A DNA stretch of 44,371 nt from Patescibacteria group bacterium (lineage in GTDB: Bacteria; Patescibacteriota; Patescibacteriia; UBA2591; UBA6264): contig JADHVF010000002.1 of assembly GCA_016784145.1 (NCBI GenBank), positions 178,357 to 222,727 on the forward strand, read 5' to 3'. Below the pieces are notes generated by a model, which had not been told where the DNA came from, searched no databases, and saw nothing but the letters and a program-made list of their open reading frames with translations. Both the position numbers and the translations under genes were made by a program. How positions within the stretch are numbered: the stretch's first letter is position 1; every line of letters starts with the position of its first letter. This document shows positions 42,274-44,371 of the stretch, piece after piece.

Positions 42274-44355
42274 ATGAAAGCAACTGAAATAAAATTAATA
42301 GATTTTCTTAAAAAATCGCCCCAGTTTGTTATTCCTATTTACCAACGTACTTATAGTTGGAACGAGAAGCAGTGTTTACATTTATGGGAGGATATTTTGC
42401 GTACAGGGAGTAACAAAAATATTGCCGCGCATTTTATTGGCTCTATCGTTTATGTAGAAAAGGGCCTTTATTCTGTTGCGGGTCAATCACAACTTCTTGT
42501 GATTGATGGTCAACAAAGACTTACCACAATAACTTTACTAATTGAGGCACTTGCCCGCACTCTCAGAGGAAGTGAGCCGATAGAAGGATTCTCAGAAAAA
42601 GTGCTTCGTGATTATTACCTTCTCGATCCGCGTGAAGAAGGAGAAAAGAAGTATAAACTCATTTTATCTCAAACTGATAAAGCGTCATTAACAGCATTGC
42701 TTGATAACAGTCCTGAGCCGAAAGATTATTCTGTACGAATTAAAAAAAATTTTGAATTTTTTATAGATAAAATCGATGAAGAGAAAAATAACCTTGCGTC
42801 GATATGCAAAGGCTTAGCAAAGCTTATTATTGTAGACATATCTCTTAGTCGTGATCAGGATAATCCTCAACTCATCTTTGAAAGCTTAAACTCGACAGGA
42901 CTTGAGCTAAGCCAGGCAGATTTGATTCGTAATTATATTTTAATGGGATTAGAGCCCGAGCTTCAGTTTAAATTGTACAACCAATATTGGCGACCGATGG
43001 AAATAGATTTTGGCCAGAAGGGTTACGCCTCATACTTTGATCGTTTTATGCGACATTATCTTACCGTGAAGACAAGTGTTATTCCTAAAGAGCGCGAGGT
43101 ATACGAGGTATTTAAACAATACGCGCATTCCCAAAAAGATGCGGGGGTTGAAGTTCTTGTCGCTGATATTCGAGTTTTTGCTGAATATTATTGTGCCATG
43201 GTTCTTGGTACTGAAACCGATTCAGAGCTAAAAATGGCCTTTCATGACTTTCTAGAGTTAAAGGCAGATGTTGCATTTCCATTCTTGTTAGAGCTTTATC
43301 ATGATTATGATAAGAAAAATCTTTCTGCGCATGAGTTGCTAAAAATAGTGCGCCTGATAGAGAGTTATGTATTCAGGCGCGCCATATGTAGTATACCAAC
43401 CAACTCGATGAATAAGACTTTTAGCACCTTTTCTCGTAATCTCAAAAAGGATCGCTATTTAGAGAGCGTGCAAGCAACATTTCTACTTCTTCCATCTTAT
43501 AGGCGTTTCCCTGATAATGAAGAGTTCAAACGAGAAATTAAGCTTAAGAATGTTTATAACTTCCGTAGTCGGAGTTATTGGTTGCGCCGATTAGAAAATT
43601 ATGAAAGAAAAGAACGCGTACCTGTAGTCGAGTATACTATTGAGCACATTATGCCACAAAATGAAAATCTATCAGCTGAGTGGAAATCAGAGCTTGGGTC
43701 TGAGTGGGAACGTATTCAAAACACTTATCTGCATACATTGGGCAATCTCACTCTAACCGGCTATAACTCTGAATATAGCGATAGGCCGTTTATGGAAAAA
43801 CGAAATATGAAAGGAGGCTTTGCGGAAAGCCCATTACGATTGAATAAAGGGGTTGCTGAAAAAGAACATTGGACTGAACAAGAAATATTAAATCGAGCAG
43901 AGGTATTATCGGAACAGGCAACCAAGGTTTGGTTTGCCCCCACATTGGAACGTAGTATTTTAGATGCATACAAACCGAAGGCAGAAGTGACAGAGTATAG
44001 CATAGAAGACCATCCTTATCTATCAACAGAGCCCACGAGAGGTTTATTTGAAGAATTTCGTAAACAGGTTAAAGCACTAGATCCGTGTGTAACTGAGACA
44101 TTTTTAAAACAGTATGTAGCATATAAGATGGAAACTAATTTTGTTGACGTTGTTCCTCAGGCAAAGCGATTACGTCTTTTGTTGAACATTGCATTTTCGG
44201 AAATTAATGATCCAAGGGGAATTTGTAGAGATGTCTCAGCGATTGGTCGATGGGGTAACGGCGATGTCGATGTCGGCCTTTCAGTGATCGAGGACATGGC
44301 TTATGTTATTGGATTGGTTCGTCAAGCATTTGAGAAGCAAATGGGAAATGGATAA
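42274..44355 (+). CDS. DUF262/DUF1524 two-domain nuclease, GmrSD-like (type IV modification-dependent restriction family) with an extra C-terminal domain
   Basis: 693 aa. The N-terminal DUF262/ParB-like NTPase signature is IPIYQRTYSW.., FIGSIV, VIDGQQRLTT and FESLNSTGLELSQADLIRNY. The C-terminal His-Me finger (DUF1524) signature is YTIEHIMPQN....LHTLGNLTLTGYNSEYSD. The last ~120 aa form a separate module. Confidence 0.8.
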   Translation: MKATEIKLIDFLKKSPQFVIPIYQRTYSWNEKQCLHLWEDILRTGSNKNIAAHFIGSIVYVEKGLYSVAGQSQLLVIDGQQRLTTITLLIEALARTLRGSEPIEGFSEKVLRDYYLLDPREEGEKKYKLILSQTDKASLTALLDNSPEPKDYSVRIKKNFEFFIDKIDEEKNNLASICKGLAKLIIVDISLSRDQDNPQLIFESLNSTGLELSQADLIRNYILMGLEPELQFKLYNQYWRPMEIDFGQKGYASYFDRFMRHYLTVKTSVIPKEREVYEVFKQYAHSQKDAGVEVLVADIRVFAEYYCAMVLGTETDSELKMAFHDFLELKADVAFPFLLELYHDYDKKNLSAHELLKIVRLIESYVFRRAICSIPTNSMNKTFSTFSRNLKKDRYLESVQATFLLLPSYRRFPDNEEFKREIKLKNVYNFRSRSYWLRRLENYERKERVPVVEYTIEHIMPQNENLSAEWKSELGSEWERIQNTYLHTLGNLTLTGYNSEYSDRPFMEKRNMKGGFAESPLRLNKGVAEKEHWTEQEILNRAEVLSEQATKVWFAPTLERSILDAYKPKAEVTEYSIEDHPYLSTEPTRGLFEEFRKQVKALDPCVTETFLKQYVAYKMETNFVDVVPQAKRLRLLLNIAFSEINDPRGICRDVSAIGRWGNGDVDVGLSVIEDMAYVIGLVRQAFEKQMGNG

Positions 44356-44371
44356 GGGAATATAGGTGGTT

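Noticed and set aside
1-44371. Alternative genetic code (UGA recoded as Gly or Trp, as in some CPR lineages or Mollicutes).
   Set aside because: All conserved genes are full length under the standard code. TGA is used as a genuine stop, for example at 36600-36602 and 37838-37840 in the ATGA overlaps, with the downstream gene starting there.

Overview
This is an AT-rich (roughly 30% G+C by eye), tightly packed bacterial chromosome segment with no rRNA genes, CRISPR array, transposase or integrase. Gene content, short proteins and synteny (hpf-secA, hrcA-grpE-dnaK without dnaJ, several O-antigen-ligase-like membrane proteins) suggest a reduced-genome, Gram-positive-like or Patescibacteria/CPR-like organism. 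That assignment is inference only. The standard genetic code fits throughout.

Gene order:
- 1-4475 (-): a nucleotide-sugar operon resembling the Wbp/Wlb UDP-diacetamido-uronic-acid pathway (2-epimerase, GalE-like epimerase, WbpD-like acetyltransferase, Gfo/Idh/MocA oxidoreductase, UDP-sugar 6-dehydrogenase).
- 4568-22834 (+): a long run of Wzy_C-TPR membrane protein, pgk, eno, two tandem gpmI paralogs, hpf, secA, secD, secF, a GT4 glycosyltransferase, murJ, lepA and an ftsB-like gene.
- 22835-23451: a 617-bp gene-free gap holding an elaborate mosaic repeat array.
- 23452-25076: a small accessory patch with a PAP2 phosphatase, two small hydrophobic proteins and three tRNAs (fMet, CAU, Leu-CAA).
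- 25078-35079: topA (-), an orphan 94-aa ORF, murG, murC, CIRCE-hrcA-grpE-dnaK, a membrane protein, and rpsI carrying a Lys-rich repeat extension.
- 35157-41922 (+): a Wzx/Wzy-type glycan locus (flippase, GT1, GT2, Wzy-like, GT2, GT2).
- 41981-44355: tRNA-Gln(UUG), followed by a visibly more GC-rich gene for a DUF262/DUF1524 (GmrSD-type) nuclease. It ends 16 nt before the window edge.

Most interesting observations:
- SecD carries an inserted parvulin PPIase domain that appears circularly permuted.
- The palindrome/spacer mosaic array at 22.8-23.4 kb.
- The tRNA-Gln-adjacent, compositionally foreign defence gene.
- Tandem iPGM paralogs.
- The recently expanded Lys-rich repeat on ribosomal protein S9.

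All calls come from reading translated motifs and the sequence by eye. No database searches were run.
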